Notes: generated by a model from the letters alone, not told the origin. A stretch of DNA of 64,000 nucleotides from Longimicrobiales bacterium (GCA_965202985.1 CBDBCF010000002.1:224001-288000); one strand, 5' to 3'; positions 50,871 through 61,428 are shown, counted from the stretch's first letter. Made by a program: numbers and translations.

Positions 50871-50928
50871 ACCCCGCGCGCGGGGGGCGCCGTCACGGGC
50901 CGAGGCTGGTAAAGACCCCGCGCGCGGG
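50871..50928. repeat. Two copies of the GC palindrome ACCCCGCGCGCGGG between convergent genes
   Basis: Copies at 50871 and 50915. Confidence 0.6.
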
Positions 50929-50948
50929 CGCCGGTTTTCCGGCGTTCC

Positions 50949-52571
50949 CTACCGCCCGCCGGCCTCGATGATGTCGGCTGCCCGACTCCGGTCCGGCTTG
51001 CCGGCGCCCGTCAACGGTACGGCGTCCACGATCGCCACGCGGCGCGGGTGGGCGTAGGTGGGTCCGTGCGCCAGCGCGTGGTCGCGCAACGCTTCCGGCG
51101 TCGCCTTGGAGTCCGGCGCCACGACGACCACCGCGGCGGGCACATGGCCCTTCACCGGGTGGGGCAGCGGGACCACCACCGCGTCCAGCACGTCGGGGTG
51201 CGACAGCAGCAGGTCCTCCACTTCCTTGGGATAGATGTTCTCGCCGCCCGAGTTGAACATGTCGTCGGCGCGACCGCGGAAGTAGAAGAAGCCGTCTTGG
51301 TCGCGGTGGAACAGGTCGCCGGTGGCCAGCCAGCCGCCCTTGATGCGCGTCGCGGTCAACTCGGGGAGGTTGCGGTACTCGGCGGCCACGCCCGGGTTGC
51401 GCACCCACAGCTCGCCGTCGCTGGGGTGCTCCGCGCCGTCCTGCACCAGCTTCACTTCGCCTTCGGGCCAGGCGGCGCCGCAGCTGCCCACGGGGACGGG
51501 CGCTCCGTCCGGCGGCGGCCCCAGCATGACCGGCCCCCCTTCGGTGAGGCCGTAGCTCTCGCCCACCTCCACGCCGAACGCGCCGGACACGGCGTGCACA
51601 AGTTCGGGTTGCACCGGGGCCGATCCCAGCGTCGTGGTGCGGAGCGCGGAGAAGTCCAGCCGTTCGATCAGGTCCCTGCGGCGCAGCACCATGGCAAAGA
51701 CGGCGGGGACCGCGCTGACCCTTGTGCAACGGTACTTGCTCAGGGCGCGCAGGAACGGCTCGGGCGCGAAGCCGGGCAGGATCACCGCTGAACCGCCCGC
51801 CTGCAGCAGCGGCTTGACCGCGCCCGCCATGGCGTTCTTGTGATAGAGGGGGACGGCGACCAGCGCGCGTTCCGACGGGTCCGCCGGCCAGTGCCTCTCC
51901 AGGCAGCGGATCCACCAGAGCTGTCCCTCGTGCGGCAGGACGACCCCCTTGGGCTTGCCGGTGGAGCCCGACGTGTAGGGAAGGAAGGCGACGGCGGCCG
52001 GGGGCAGGGAAGGGGGCTCGAAGCCGGTGGAGGCGCGCGAGAGTTCGGCTTCGTAGTTCCGCCAGTTCGTTGCGCCTTCCAGGGGGCGCCCGTGACCGGC
52101 GGCGTCTGCACCGGTTGGTTCCGACTCCGATCCGCCGACGCGCCAGCGGATCCCGATGCCCGCGTCTTCCACCACTTGCGCGGCCCTTGCGGCGGCCGCC
52201 GGCTCCACGAACGCCGCCCGGCACCCCGAATCGGACACGACGTGGCGCAGCGAATCGGCGCTCAGCTTGTAGTTCAGGGGCACCGCCACCGCGCCCCGGC
52301 GCATGATCCCGAACATGATCTCGACGAACTCGAAGCGGTTGCCCACGCCCAGCGCCACGCGCTCGCCCGCCTTCACTCCTGCGGACTCGAGGAGCGAGGC
52401 CACGCGGTCCATGCGTTCGTCGAGCTCTCGGTAGGCGATTCGACGCGGCGTCGGGCGCGACAGGTCGATCAGCGCGACGCGATCGGCGAAGCGCTGGCAG
52501 GCGCGCCGGCACCAATAGCCCAGGTTGTCGTCGCGGCGGGGGTCCGAGCGCGTTGCCGCAGCCGGCGTCAA
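50949..52571 (-). CDS. Class I adenylate-forming enzyme (acyl-CoA ligase)
   Basis: YTSGSTGKPKG, YGLTEG, TGDL, SGGENIYPKEVE and GAGKP; TTG start overlaps the upstream stop. Confidence 0.9.
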   Translation of the reverse strand: MTPAAATRSDPRRDDNLGYWCRRACQRFADRVALIDLSRPTPRRIAYRELDERMDRVASLLESAGVKAGERVALGVGNRFEFVEIMFGIMRRGAVAVPLNYKLSADSLRHVVSDSGCRAAFVEPAAAARAAQVVEDAGIGIRWRVGGSESEPTGADAAGHGRPLEGATNWRNYEAELSRASTGFEPPSLPPAAVAFLPYTSGSTGKPKGVVLPHEGQLWWIRCLERHWPADPSERALVAVPLYHKNAMAGAVKPLLQAGGSAVILPGFAPEPFLRALSKYRCTRVSAVPAVFAMVLRRRDLIERLDFSALRTTTLGSAPVQPELVHAVSGAFGVEVGESYGLTEGGPVMLGPPPDGAPVPVGSCGAAWPEGEVKLVQDGAEHPSDGELWVRNPGVAAEYRNLPELTATRIKGGWLATGDLFHRDQDGFFYFRGRADDMFNSGGENIYPKEVEDLLLSHPDVLDAVVVPLPHPVKGHVPAAVVVVAPDSKATPEALRDHALAHGPTYAHPRRVAIVDAVPLTGAGKPDRSRAADIIEAGGR

Positions 52572-52834
52572 GCCTGGTCCTCGTCCCCGGGCTCGCGCTT
52601 GTCGGGAATCGCCAGCGCCAGCACGCAGAGCAGCGTGACCGCGCCGCCGCCGACCGCCCAGGGCCAGCCGCTGCCCGTGCGGACGATCGACGAGATGCCC
52701 CACAGGGCCGCCACGTTGGCCAGGAAGTTCACGGCCAGCCCCCAGACGCGCAGCCTCATCGCCCGGCCCTCCGGCCGCCGTCCGGCGGGCTCGCGACGAT
52801 CCGGCGGGCTCGGGACGCCCATGTCCGCGTTCAC
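52568..52834 (-). CDS. Small two-TM membrane protein (start may be 52759)
   Basis: Two hydrophobic helices; overlaps neighbouring genes at both ends. Confidence 0.6.
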   Translation of the reverse strand: MNADMGVPSPPDRREPAGRRPEGRAMRLRVWGLAVNFLANVAALWGISSIVRTGSGWPWAVGGGAVTLLCVLALAIPDKREPGDEDQA

Positions 52835-54171
52835 GACGCCCACCATCCGAGCCTGTTGAACACCCAGGTGATCGCCACGGCGTTCAGCAGCGTGACTTGC
52901 AGCAGGATGCCCAAGTTCCACACGTAGGAGCCGGTTCGGTCGCGGCCGAGCACCTTGCGGTCGTTGAGCAGCAAGTACATCGACCAGCCCACGACCGTGT
53001 TGGCCATCGACATGCCCGCCGCCACCGCGATCACGAACCACACCGGGTCCACGTTGAAGGCGCCCACCAGCGCCAGCTGCGGCAGCAAGATGCAAGCTCG
53101 CCATCGCCACGACGACGTGTCCGGCTCCCACCCGAACGCCTCGTGCAGGGCCATGGCCCCGGCCACGCTCATCACCACCGTGGAGGTGACGGGAACCGCC
53201 AGGAATCCCACGTAGAACAGGACCTCGGACCAGGTCGGACCGAGCAGGGGCGCCAACGCCGCCGCCAGTGCCTTGGCCGTTCCGGGCACGTCGCCCCCGA
53301 AGTCGGTCGCGGCGAACACGGACACGACCAGGAAGTTCACCACGACGAAGGGAACGAACAGCCCCGCCACCAAGTCGAAACGCGCCAGGGATTCGTGCTT
53401 TCTGCCCCACCCGCGCACAAGTCCGGCGTAGTTGAACAGCACCCAGTCCATGACCACCACGGCGGCGGCCGTCGTGGCGATGAACAAGTCCAGCCCCTCG
53501 CCGCCGCCAGGCAGCCAAGGCACGACGAAGCCGCGCGCCGCCGCGCCCCAGTCCACGCCCACGATCAGGAGCACGGCCCCGAACGCGAGCACCATGATCC
53601 CGATCGCCGCCTTCATCGCGCCCTCGACGAACCGCGTGCCTCTGCCCCCTTTCCGGCCGTAGCTCAGCGCCAGCCAGCTCGTGACCAAGCCGTAGACGAT
53701 CCAGTTCCACTTGGCGGGGAACGACACGCCGGCGAACGGCGCCAGGGACTCGATCAGGTGAGTGCCCAGGGCGACTTGACCCAGGTTGAAGACGACCGCC
53801 ACGGCCACGGTGCCCACCAGTCCGGTGGCCAGCGACCCCACGAGCCAGCCGTGCCGGCGGTTCTGCACTTGGATCAGGCGGAAGCCGCCCCGGCAGGTGA
53901 AGCGCGCGCTCGCGGCCATCAGGAAGAGGCCCAGCCCGGCCGACAGCCAGACCAGCCACAGCGTCCGGTATCCGTACTTGGCGCCTGCCACCATGGCGGT
54001 CGTCATGGTGCCGGCGCCCAGGGTCAAGGCCGCGGTCATGACGCCGGGTCCGGCCAGCCGCGCGTACCCGCCTATCCGTCTATGGAGGGGCGCGGACGCC
54101 AGCGATTCCAGGTGGGCCGCCTCCGCGTCCAGGTCCCGGCGCGGAATGCGGCGGGCGATGGGATAGGTCAA
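52831..54171 (-). CDS. NRAMP/MntH-related transporter
   Basis: GPG...GAG...AGAKYGYRTLW N-terminal signature; about 11 TM segments. Confidence 0.8.
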   Translation of the reverse strand: MTYPIARRIPRRDLDAEAAHLESLASAPLHRRIGGYARLAGPGVMTAALTLGAGTMTTAMVAGAKYGYRTLWLVWLSAGLGLFLMAASARFTCRGGFRLIQVQNRRHGWLVGSLATGLVGTVAVAVVFNLGQVALGTHLIESLAPFAGVSFPAKWNWIVYGLVTSWLALSYGRKGGRGTRFVEGAMKAAIGIMVLAFGAVLLIVGVDWGAAARGFVVPWLPGGGEGLDLFIATTAAAVVVMDWVLFNYAGLVRGWGRKHESLARFDLVAGLFVPFVVVNFLVVSVFAATDFGGDVPGTAKALAAALAPLLGPTWSEVLFYVGFLAVPVTSTVVMSVAGAMALHEAFGWEPDTSSWRWRACILLPQLALVGAFNVDPVWFVIAVAAGMSMANTVVGWSMYLLLNDRKVLGRDRTGSYVWNLGILLQVTLLNAVAITWVFNRLGWWAS

Positions 54172-55196
54172 ACGGTCAGGATCGATTTTCCGAACACCTT
54201 TCGTTCCTCGAGTTCGGCGACGGCTTCGCCTATCCGCTCAAGCGGACGAACGGCGTGGACAGCGGGGTCCAGCCGGCCGGCGGCCACCATCTCCAGCAGT
54301 CGCGCCAGCCCCGGGCGGCTCCAACCGTCCGAGCCCAGGATCGTCTGCTCGAAGCTCCAGATGTAGCGGATGTCGGTGGGCGGATCGTACCCGGCGGTGG
54401 CGCCGCAGGTCACCATCCGGCCCTGGAAGCGCAGCACCTTCAAGCTGGCCGCCCAGGTGTCGCCTCCGATGTAGTTGATCACGACGTCCACGCCGCCGGC
54501 GCCCCGGTCCAGGTAGCGGGGGCGGCCCGCGATCTCCTTCACCGCCTTCACCCAATCGTCGGTGCGCGACGGCAGCACGTGATCGACGCCCAGCGCCGCG
54601 AGCTTGTCGCGTTTCCACTGGCCGCGCCCCGTGGCCAGCACTTTGGCGCCCGCTTGCTTGCACAGCTGCACGCAACAGACGCCGACGCCCCCCGTGGCGC
54701 CCAGCACCAGCACGGTCTCTCCCTCCCGAACCTTGGTCCGTTCCTCGACGACCCGCTGGGCGGTGCCATAGGCCACCGGGACGGCCGCCGCCGCCTCGAA
54801 GGAGACGCCCGCCGGCGCCGGCACCAAGTTCTCCACCGGAACCGCCACGTACTCGGCGGCCACGCCCCGCACCTTCTCGCCCATCATGCCCCGGTCGGCC
54901 AGGACGGGGTCCAGGACGGCCCGGTCGCCGACGCGCCACGCCCCGGGGTCCGTGCCCGCGCCGAACGCCGCCACTTCGCCCGCCGCGTCCCCGCACGGGA
55001 TCATCGGGAACGGCACGCGGATGCGCGTGGTCCCGCGCAGCATCATGGGGTCGAAGCCGTTCAGCGCCACGGCCCGCACGCGCAGCAGCGCCTCGCCTGG
55101 CGCGGGTTCGGGACGCGGCATCGTGCCCACGTAGAGCTCGTCCACGCCGCCGTGGCGGTCGTAGAGAGCGGCGCGCATCGAAGGTTGTTCGGCCAT
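54168..55196 (-). CDS. MDR-family (quinone oxidoreductase-like) dehydrogenase
   Basis: VLVLGATGGVG, VTCGATAG and FGKSILTV. Confidence 0.9.
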   Translation of the reverse strand: MAEQPSMRAALYDRHGGVDELYVGTMPRPEPAPGEALLRVRAVALNGFDPMMLRGTTRIRVPFPMIPCGDAAGEVAAFGAGTDPGAWRVGDRAVLDPVLADRGMMGEKVRGVAAEYVAVPVENLVPAPAGVSFEAAAAVPVAYGTAQRVVEERTKVREGETVLVLGATGGVGVCCVQLCKQAGAKVLATGRGQWKRDKLAALGVDHVLPSRTDDWVKAVKEIAGRPRYLDRGAGGVDVVINYIGGDTWAASLKVLRFQGRMVTCGATAGYDPPTDIRYIWSFEQTILGSDGWSRPGLARLLEMVAAGRLDPAVHAVRPLERIGEAVAELEERKVFGKSILTV

Positions 55197-55199
55197 GGC

Positions 55200-55649
55200 T
55201 CAGCCCGGTCTGGACGAGTAGATGCCGCGGCCCAAGGCGCAGAGCCGCCCGTCGTGGCCGCGAACCTCCACGTCGGCCACGGAAATCGTGCGCCCGAAGC
55301 GCCGCAACCGGCCCACGGCCCGCACGAACGGACCCGTGGCCGGGCGCAGGTAGTCCACCTGCAAGGAGATCGTGGGCACGCCGCCCCCCGCTCGGACCGC
55401 CACCGCCATGTCGCCGGCCACGTCGACCAGCGACGCCAGCGGCCCCCCGTGGAAGACCGTCCCGTCGCCCCGCGTGAGTTCGGCCTTCAACTGCATCTTG
55501 AGCGTCACTGCAACGTCGCCCTCGGGGTCCGCGATCTCCTCCAGGACCAGCCCAAGCGCGGCTGTGGCCCGCGAGTCGGCCAGGACCGATTCGATCATTG
55601 CGTGGACGCGGGCGCGGTCGGCGTGGACGCGGGTGTGGTCGCTGGGCAT
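55200..55649 (-). CDS. PaaI family thioesterase
   Basis: FHGGPLASLVD, TISLQVDYLRPA and GRTISVADV. Confidence 0.9.
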   Translation of the reverse strand: MPSDHTRVHADRARVHAMIESVLADSRATAALGLVLEEIADPEGDVAVTLKMQLKAELTRGDGTVFHGGPLASLVDVAGDMAVAVRAGGGVPTISLQVDYLRPATGPFVRAVGRLRRFGRTISVADVEVRGHDGRLCALGRGIYSSRPG

Positions 55650-55911
55650 GATCGGCAGGCTACGGCGCGCGATGCCATCGCGCAAGCCTTGGCGCGGCGT
55701 CGACGCATGCGGCAATCCCGTCGCGTTTCTGAAACCTTGCGGGGGGCACGGTGCTGCTGGGCGTCGAGGACGACGGCAGCGTGTCCGGCGTTCGTCGCGA
55801 CCGCCTCGAGGAGTGGGTGGCCGAGGTAGCCCGTACCAAGTATTGAACCTCCGGTCGTGCCGGTCCTTGCCTGGGTGCGAGACGCGAGCGCGTGGCGACC
55901 GCGAACGGGCT

Positions 55912-56206
55912 CGTCCCATCACCTACGAGCTCGCCATCGACAGCGACCGGTTCGGCCGCCCCTATGTCTCGAGCGAGCGCCTGCGGACGCCGCCCGCAGC
56001 TTGCCGTTGGCCGGGCCGCAAAGGCATCTGAGCATCCACGGCGACAATTCTGGGCAATGTGGTTCAGTTCATGGAGCGCCAACATCCGACGCGGTTCAAG
56101 GACGTTCTCAATAGACATCGACACCGATCGAAGCCCGGACGGACGCTTGCTTCTGCGGTTCAGCGACAGGGGATTCCAAGAACCCTTCTACGCGCAACAG
56201 GTGTCT
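55912..56206 (+). pseudogene. Fragmented ABC/AAA_21-type ATPase remnant
   Basis: Consecutive fragments in shifting frames: PITYELAID, DAARSLPLAGPQRHLSIHGDN, LGNVVQFMERQHP and DGRLLLRFSDRGFQEPFYAQQVS. Confidence 0.55.
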
Positions 56207-56379
56207 TGTCGGGCCGCACCTCGACCCGCACCGACTTGTTGTACCGAAACGGAGCACCCATTATCTTCACCTTGGCGTTGCGTGCGGCAGGCCGCCGGCT
56301 CTCGGCCGCGAACCTTGAACCTAATGGCCTCGCCGCCGCAAGCCACTCCCCTCACAACAAACTTCGTGAATAAGGCGGG

Positions 56380-57819
56380 ATGATGCCCCCCCCCAAGTGG
56401 TTGCGCCGCCGCCGCACTCCTGTGGTCTTGTTCGGGGCGGCGCTGGCCGTGGTCGTGTTCTTGGGCGGCGTGCAGGTCGGGCTAACGAAGGCATTCCCCT
56501 ACGAACTGTTCCAGTCGGCCTGGAGAACTGCCGATGCTATCCGTGACAAGTGGTACAGACAGTCGCTGGGTCTGCCGGAATCCGCGCCCGTAGACTTGTC
56601 TCCCGGCGAAGTGGAGGCTGCGCGCATCGTGTTTCACAACCAGAGCGGACTGACGGATCGCATCGTGTGGCCGGGAGGCGTCGGACGGTTTGCCGAGCTG
56701 TGTCCGGGGCATCCCGGATGCGTGGCCGTCGAGTACGTCGGCCAAGGCCAAGTCGCTCGCGCCTATCCCTATCGCCCGAGCGAGATCGAGCAAGCGACGA
56801 TCGTGGACCTGCCTTACGAGTCCCTGTTCGACATCAAGCTGGTCGACGACGCCTACGTGTTCGCCGTGGACACGTATCCCAACGGCGACCTGCTCGCGGT
56901 CTTCCACTACAATGGCGCCTTCCCCTTCGCCGGGGGCGTCGCGCGGATTCGACCCGACGGCACGGCGGCCTGGTATCGAAGAGACTACAGTCATCACGAA
57001 CCCCATCTCGCGGCCGACGACGTGGCCTGGGTTCCCGGCTTGCGCATCGGTCAAGGCCCGCTCCGCGTGCATTACCAAGCCCCCAAGCAGAACCTCGGCT
57101 TCGAGCTGCCTTGCGCGAAGCCCTACGTCGATACTGTGCGCAAGATCGGACCCGACGGCGAGCTTCTCGAAGAGGTCTCGATCTGGGAGAAGCTGGCTGC
57201 TTCCCGCTATCGGTTCTTGCTGCGGCACGCTGGCGCCCCATGTCACCCGCTCCACGTGAACTCGGTGCACGAACTGGGGCCCGACGCGACGGGACCGTCG
57301 GGCATCGGTCCGGGCGACCTCGTGGTGTCGCTGCGGAACTTGAACGCTTTCGCCGTGCTCGACCGGGACGGCTTCGACGTCAAGACGCTGGTGCGGGGAA
57401 CCTTCGCCGGGCAGCATTCCGTCAAGCACTTGAGCGACTCCCGGTTTCTCGTCTTCGACAACTGGGGCGTCGAAGCAGACCGAGACGGACCTTCGCGAGT
57501 GCTGACGATTGACTTGGCCGACGGCAGCGAGACGACCGTCTTCCCCGTCGCCCTCGACGCCGGACGACCCCCGTTCGGAAACAACTTCTTTACGCGGTGG
57601 CACGGCCTCCTGTCGATCTCCCCGGACCGGCAAAGGCTGATCGCCACCTTCCATTACGAGTCAAGGGCCCTGGAGATCGAGATCGCCACCGGCAAGGTGC
57701 TGACCGAGTTCACCTCGGTGCACGACCTGACTCCGACCCCCTTCGGCGACTTCGCGGGAGACGCGCAAGTCGTTCTATTGCTGGCGACGCCGGCACCACG
57801 CTATGTGCTCGACCCGTAG
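56380..57819 (+). CDS. Arylsulfotransferase (ASST)-like beta-propeller protein
   Basis: N-terminal TM; YSHHE, PLHVNSV, LVVSLRNLN, GQHS and VFDN motifs. Confidence 0.8.
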   Translation: MMPPPKWLRRRRTPVVLFGAALAVVVFLGGVQVGLTKAFPYELFQSAWRTADAIRDKWYRQSLGLPESAPVDLSPGEVEAARIVFHNQSGLTDRIVWPGGVGRFAELCPGHPGCVAVEYVGQGQVARAYPYRPSEIEQATIVDLPYESLFDIKLVDDAYVFAVDTYPNGDLLAVFHYNGAFPFAGGVARIRPDGTAAWYRRDYSHHEPHLAADDVAWVPGLRIGQGPLRVHYQAPKQNLGFELPCAKPYVDTVRKIGPDGELLEEVSIWEKLAASRYRFLLRHAGAPCHPLHVNSVHELGPDATGPSGIGPGDLVVSLRNLNAFAVLDRDGFDVKTLVRGTFAGQHSVKHLSDSRFLVFDNWGVEADRDGPSRVLTIDLADGSETTVFPVALDAGRPPFGNNFFTRWHGLLSISPDRQRLIATFHYESRALEIEIATGKVLTEFTSVHDLTPTPFGDFAGDAQVVLLLATPAPRYVLDP

Positions 57820-58071
57820 CCGTTGGACCCCGTCGAATACGCGGCTCGGACCACGACCATGATATCATCTCGGGAGTCTCTGGTACAGCGATCGGAAGGT
57901 GGTGCTGGCCGCTTATCCGGGTGCCAGGAAGTCCGTGCTGAACGGGTAGGCGCGCGGCTCGCGTCGCCGCGCCCCCATTGGACGCACCCGACATCGAAGA
58001 CGTAGCTTACGAGCTTGTCGCGCGCCGCCGTCCAGGAGCCGCTCGCCACAACCCAGGAGGAGTCCTCGATC

Positions 58072-61000
58072 ATGCGCATTCGTCCCTTCGCCTTCGGCTT
58101 CATCCTTGTCGCCGCCCTGCTTCCTTTGTCGCCGGCTCAGCCTGTGGTCGCCCAGGAAGTTCCCACCTCCGCGCTCCAGGCGATGAAGTTCCGCCACATC
58201 GGGCCGGTGGGGAACCGGGTGACCTCGGTGGCGGGCGTCGCGGGCGATCCGCTGACCTACTATGCGGGCGCGGCTTCGGGCGGGCTGTGGAAGACGGAGG
58301 ACGGGGGCGTCAACTGGCGGCCCGTCTTCGACGACCAGCCGGTGCACGCGATCGGCGAGGTGGAGGTGGCGCCGTCGGACGCGAACATCGTGTGGGCGGG
58401 CACCGGCGAGCCGTTCATCCGCTCCAACGTCTCGATCGGGAACGGGGTGTGGAAGTCGCTGGACGCCGGGCGGACCTGGACGCACATGGGACTGGAGGGC
58501 ACGGGGCGGATCAGCCGGATCATCGTGCACCCGACCAACCCCGACATCGTGTACGCGGCGGCGATCGGGCACGGCTACGCGCCCCAGCCCGAGCGGGGCG
58601 TCTACCGCACGCTGGACGGCGGCGCCACCTGGGAGCACGTCCTTTTCGTGGACGAGGAGACCGGCGCCAGCGACCTGGTGATGGACCCGTCCAACCCGCG
58701 CACCCTTTTCGCGGGGAGTTGGCAGATCGCGATCCGCACCTGGACGCGCACCTCGGGCGGCCCCGGCAGCGCGATCCACGTTTCCCGCGACGGCGGCACC
58801 ACCTGGACGCGGCTGGAGGGGAACGGCCTGCCCACCCGCGAGATCGGCAAGATCGCGCTGTGCATGAGCGCCGACGACCCCGACCGCATCTACGCCCTGA
58901 TCGAGACGGGCGACGCCGTGCCCTGGGAAGGCGGCGACACCGACGGGGGCGAGCTGTGGCGCTCCGACGACGGAGGCCGCCAGTGGGCGCTGACCAGCTA
59001 CGACCGCGACTTGGCCGGCCGCACCGCCTACTACACGCGCTGCGAGGCCAACCCCGACGATGCCGACGAGGCCTACTTCCTGGCGGCGGCGTACAGCACC
59101 ACGCTTGACGGCGGCGTCACGTCCACGGCGGCGCCGTTCCTGCAAGGACCGGTATGGGACCACCACGACATGTGGGTCGACCCGCAGGACGGCGACCGGC
59201 AGATCGTGGCCGGCGACGGCGGCGTCGCGATCTCGCGCAACCGGGGCAAGACCTGGTACCGCCAGCAGCTGCCGATCGCGCAGATGTACCACGTGACCGT
59301 GGACAATGCGGTGCCTTACAACGTCATGGGCAACCGCCAGGACGGCCCTTCAACTCGCGGGCCGAGCAACAGCCGCACGGGCGGCCTCTTCCTGGGCGGC
59401 ATCCCCCGGGGCATGTGGCAGACGGTGGGCGGCGGCGAGTCGGGGTTCGCCACGCCGGATCCGACGGACCACAACATCGTGTGGTCGAGCGCGTCGGGGG
59501 CCGGCGGCGGGGGCGGCATCGTGTCCCGCTGGGACGCTCGGACGCGCCAGTATCGCGAAGTCGAGGTGTGGCCCGAGTCCACGATCGGCCAGCCCGCCGA
59601 CAGCCTGCGCTACCGCTTTCAGTGGACGTTCCCGCTGCTGATTTCCCCCCACGACAACAACACCGTCTACGTGACCAGTCAGCACGTTCACCGCACCACC
59701 AACGGCGGCCAAAGCTGGGAGGAAATCAGCCCGGACCTTACCACGAACAACCGGGAGCGGATGGGGATCAGCGGCGGCCTCACGCCCGACAACATCGGCG
59801 TCGAGTACTGCTGCGTGATCTACGCCTTCGACGAGTCGCCCGTGGAGCGCGGCGTCTTCTGGGCCGGCACCAACGACGGCCTCATGCACGTGAGCCGGGA
59901 CGGCGGCGCCACCTGGACCAACGTCACCGAGAACATCCCCGACCTGCCGCCCGACGGCGTGGTGCGGGGGATCGACGCCTCCCGGTTCGCGCCCGGCAAG
60001 GCGTACATGGTGGTCGAGCATCATCAGGTGGGCGGCTTCGAGGCCCGCGCCTACCGCACCGACGACTACGGCGAGAGCTGGACCATGATCACGGACGGCA
60101 TCGACGACGGCGTGCTCAGCTACACGCGAAGCATCCACGAGGACCCGGTGCGTCCCGGGCTGCTCTACCTGGGCACCGAGGCGTCGCTCTACGTGTCGTT
60201 CGACGACGGCGACCGCTGGCAGTCGCTGCACACCAACATGCCCCGTGCGCCCATGTACGGGCTGGTCGTCCAGGAGCACTTCAACGACCTGGTGATCGGC
60301 ACGTACGGCCGCGGCTTCTGGATTCTGGACGACGTGACGCCCCTCCAGCAGTTGACGGCGGAGGTCGCCGACGCGCCCGCGCACCTTTTCGCCCCCCGGC
60401 CCGCGTACCGCTTCCGCCCGGTGTCGGAGCCCTTCGCCATGTTCGACGACCAGTCCGACGGCGACAACCCGCCCTACGGCGCCTCGATCAACTATTGGCT
60501 CGCGCAGGAGACGGACGACAGCGTGACGATCGAGATCGCCAACGCCGAAGGGGACGTGGTGCGGACGCTGGAGGGCACCGGTCAAGCCGGCGTGAACCGC
60601 GTGTGGTGGAACCTGAACGGCGAGCCCGCCACCGAGATCAAGCTGCGCACCAAGCCCCTGTACGCGGACGACATAGACCTTGGCCCCGAGCGCTGGCGGC
60701 CTCTGCCGGGCGTGCTGGGAGGGCCCGGCCAGGGCGCGGCGGTGATCCTGCAGCCGCCGGGGCAGTACACGGTCGCGCTCAAGATCGGCGGTGCGGACGC
60801 GGACGGCGCGGATGCGGAAGAGGGCGCGGATGCGGAAGAGGGCGCGGGCATGGAGGCGGGCGCGGGCGACTCCGAGGACGAGCCTGCGGGCGACGATCCG
60901 CCGGTGCGCGGGACCCTTGTCCAGACCCTGGAAGTCCGCAAGGACCCGCACTCCGAAGGCGGGCTGACCGACATCCGGGCCCAGCAGGCGATGCTGGAAG

Positions 61001-61428
61001 CGGTCCGCGCCGACTACGAGACCGCTGCCGAACTGGTCAACCGGGTTGAGTGGGTGCGACGCCAGCTCCGGGACGCGAAGGCGGTGCTGGAAGACCGGGA
61101 CGACGACGCCTCGAAGGCGCTGGCCGCCGCCGCCGACTCGCTGGACGAACGGCTGATCGCGGCGGAGCAGGGGCTCTTCCAGATGCGGGCGACCGGGACG
61201 GGCCAGGACGGCATCCGCTACCCGACCCGCGTGATCGAGCGACTGGGCTACCTGTTTGCCACGGTGTCGGTCGGCGACTTCCCGCCCACGGACCAGCAGG
61301 ACGAAGTCCACGCGGTGCTGCGGGAGCGCCTCCTACGCATCCGGGACGAGCTGGAGGCGCTTCTGGACGACGACTTGGCTGAGTTCAACCGCCGCGTCCA
61401 AGCGCTGGGGCTGGGCGTGATCTCGTGA
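58072..61428 (+). CDS. Secreted BNR/Asp-box (VPS10/sortilin-like) glycosyl-hydrolase-like protein
   Basis: AGGAGG SD; signal peptide; FRHIGP, many S/TxDGGxTW repeats and GTYGRGFWILDD. Confidence 0.9.
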   Translation: MRIRPFAFGFILVAALLPLSPAQPVVAQEVPTSALQAMKFRHIGPVGNRVTSVAGVAGDPLTYYAGAASGGLWKTEDGGVNWRPVFDDQPVHAIGEVEVAPSDANIVWAGTGEPFIRSNVSIGNGVWKSLDAGRTWTHMGLEGTGRISRIIVHPTNPDIVYAAAIGHGYAPQPERGVYRTLDGGATWEHVLFVDEETGASDLVMDPSNPRTLFAGSWQIAIRTWTRTSGGPGSAIHVSRDGGTTWTRLEGNGLPTREIGKIALCMSADDPDRIYALIETGDAVPWEGGDTDGGELWRSDDGGRQWALTSYDRDLAGRTAYYTRCEANPDDADEAYFLAAAYSTTLDGGVTSTAAPFLQGPVWDHHDMWVDPQDGDRQIVAGDGGVAISRNRGKTWYRQQLPIAQMYHVTVDNAVPYNVMGNRQDGPSTRGPSNSRTGGLFLGGIPRGMWQTVGGGESGFATPDPTDHNIVWSSASGAGGGGGIVSRWDARTRQYREVEVWPESTIGQPADSLRYRFQWTFPLLISPHDNNTVYVTSQHVHRTTNGGQSWEEISPDLTTNNRERMGISGGLTPDNIGVEYCCVIYAFDESPVERGVFWAGTNDGLMHVSRDGGATWTNVTENIPDLPPDGVVRGIDASRFAPGKAYMVVEHHQVGGFEARAYRTDDYGESWTMITDGIDDGVLSYTRSIHEDPVRPGLLYLGTEASLYVSFDDGDRWQSLHTNMPRAPMYGLVVQEHFNDLVIGTYGRGFWILDDVTPLQQLTAEVADAPAHLFAPRPAYRFRPVSEPFAMFDDQSDGDNPPYGASINYWLAQETDDSVTIEIANAEGDVVRTLEGTGQAGVNRVWWNLNGEPATEIKLRTKPLYADDIDLGPERWRPLPGVLGGPGQGAAVILQPPGQYTVALKIGGADADGADAEEGADAEEGAGMEAGAGDSEDEPAGDDPPVRGTLVQTLEVRKDPHSEGGLTDIRAQQAMLEAVRADYETAAELVNRVEWVRRQLRDAKAVLEDRDDDASKALAAAADSLDERLIAAEQGLFQMRATGTGQDGIRYPTRVIERLGYLFATVSVGDFPPTDQQDEVHAVLRERLLRIRDELEALLDDDLAEFNRRVQALGLGVIS

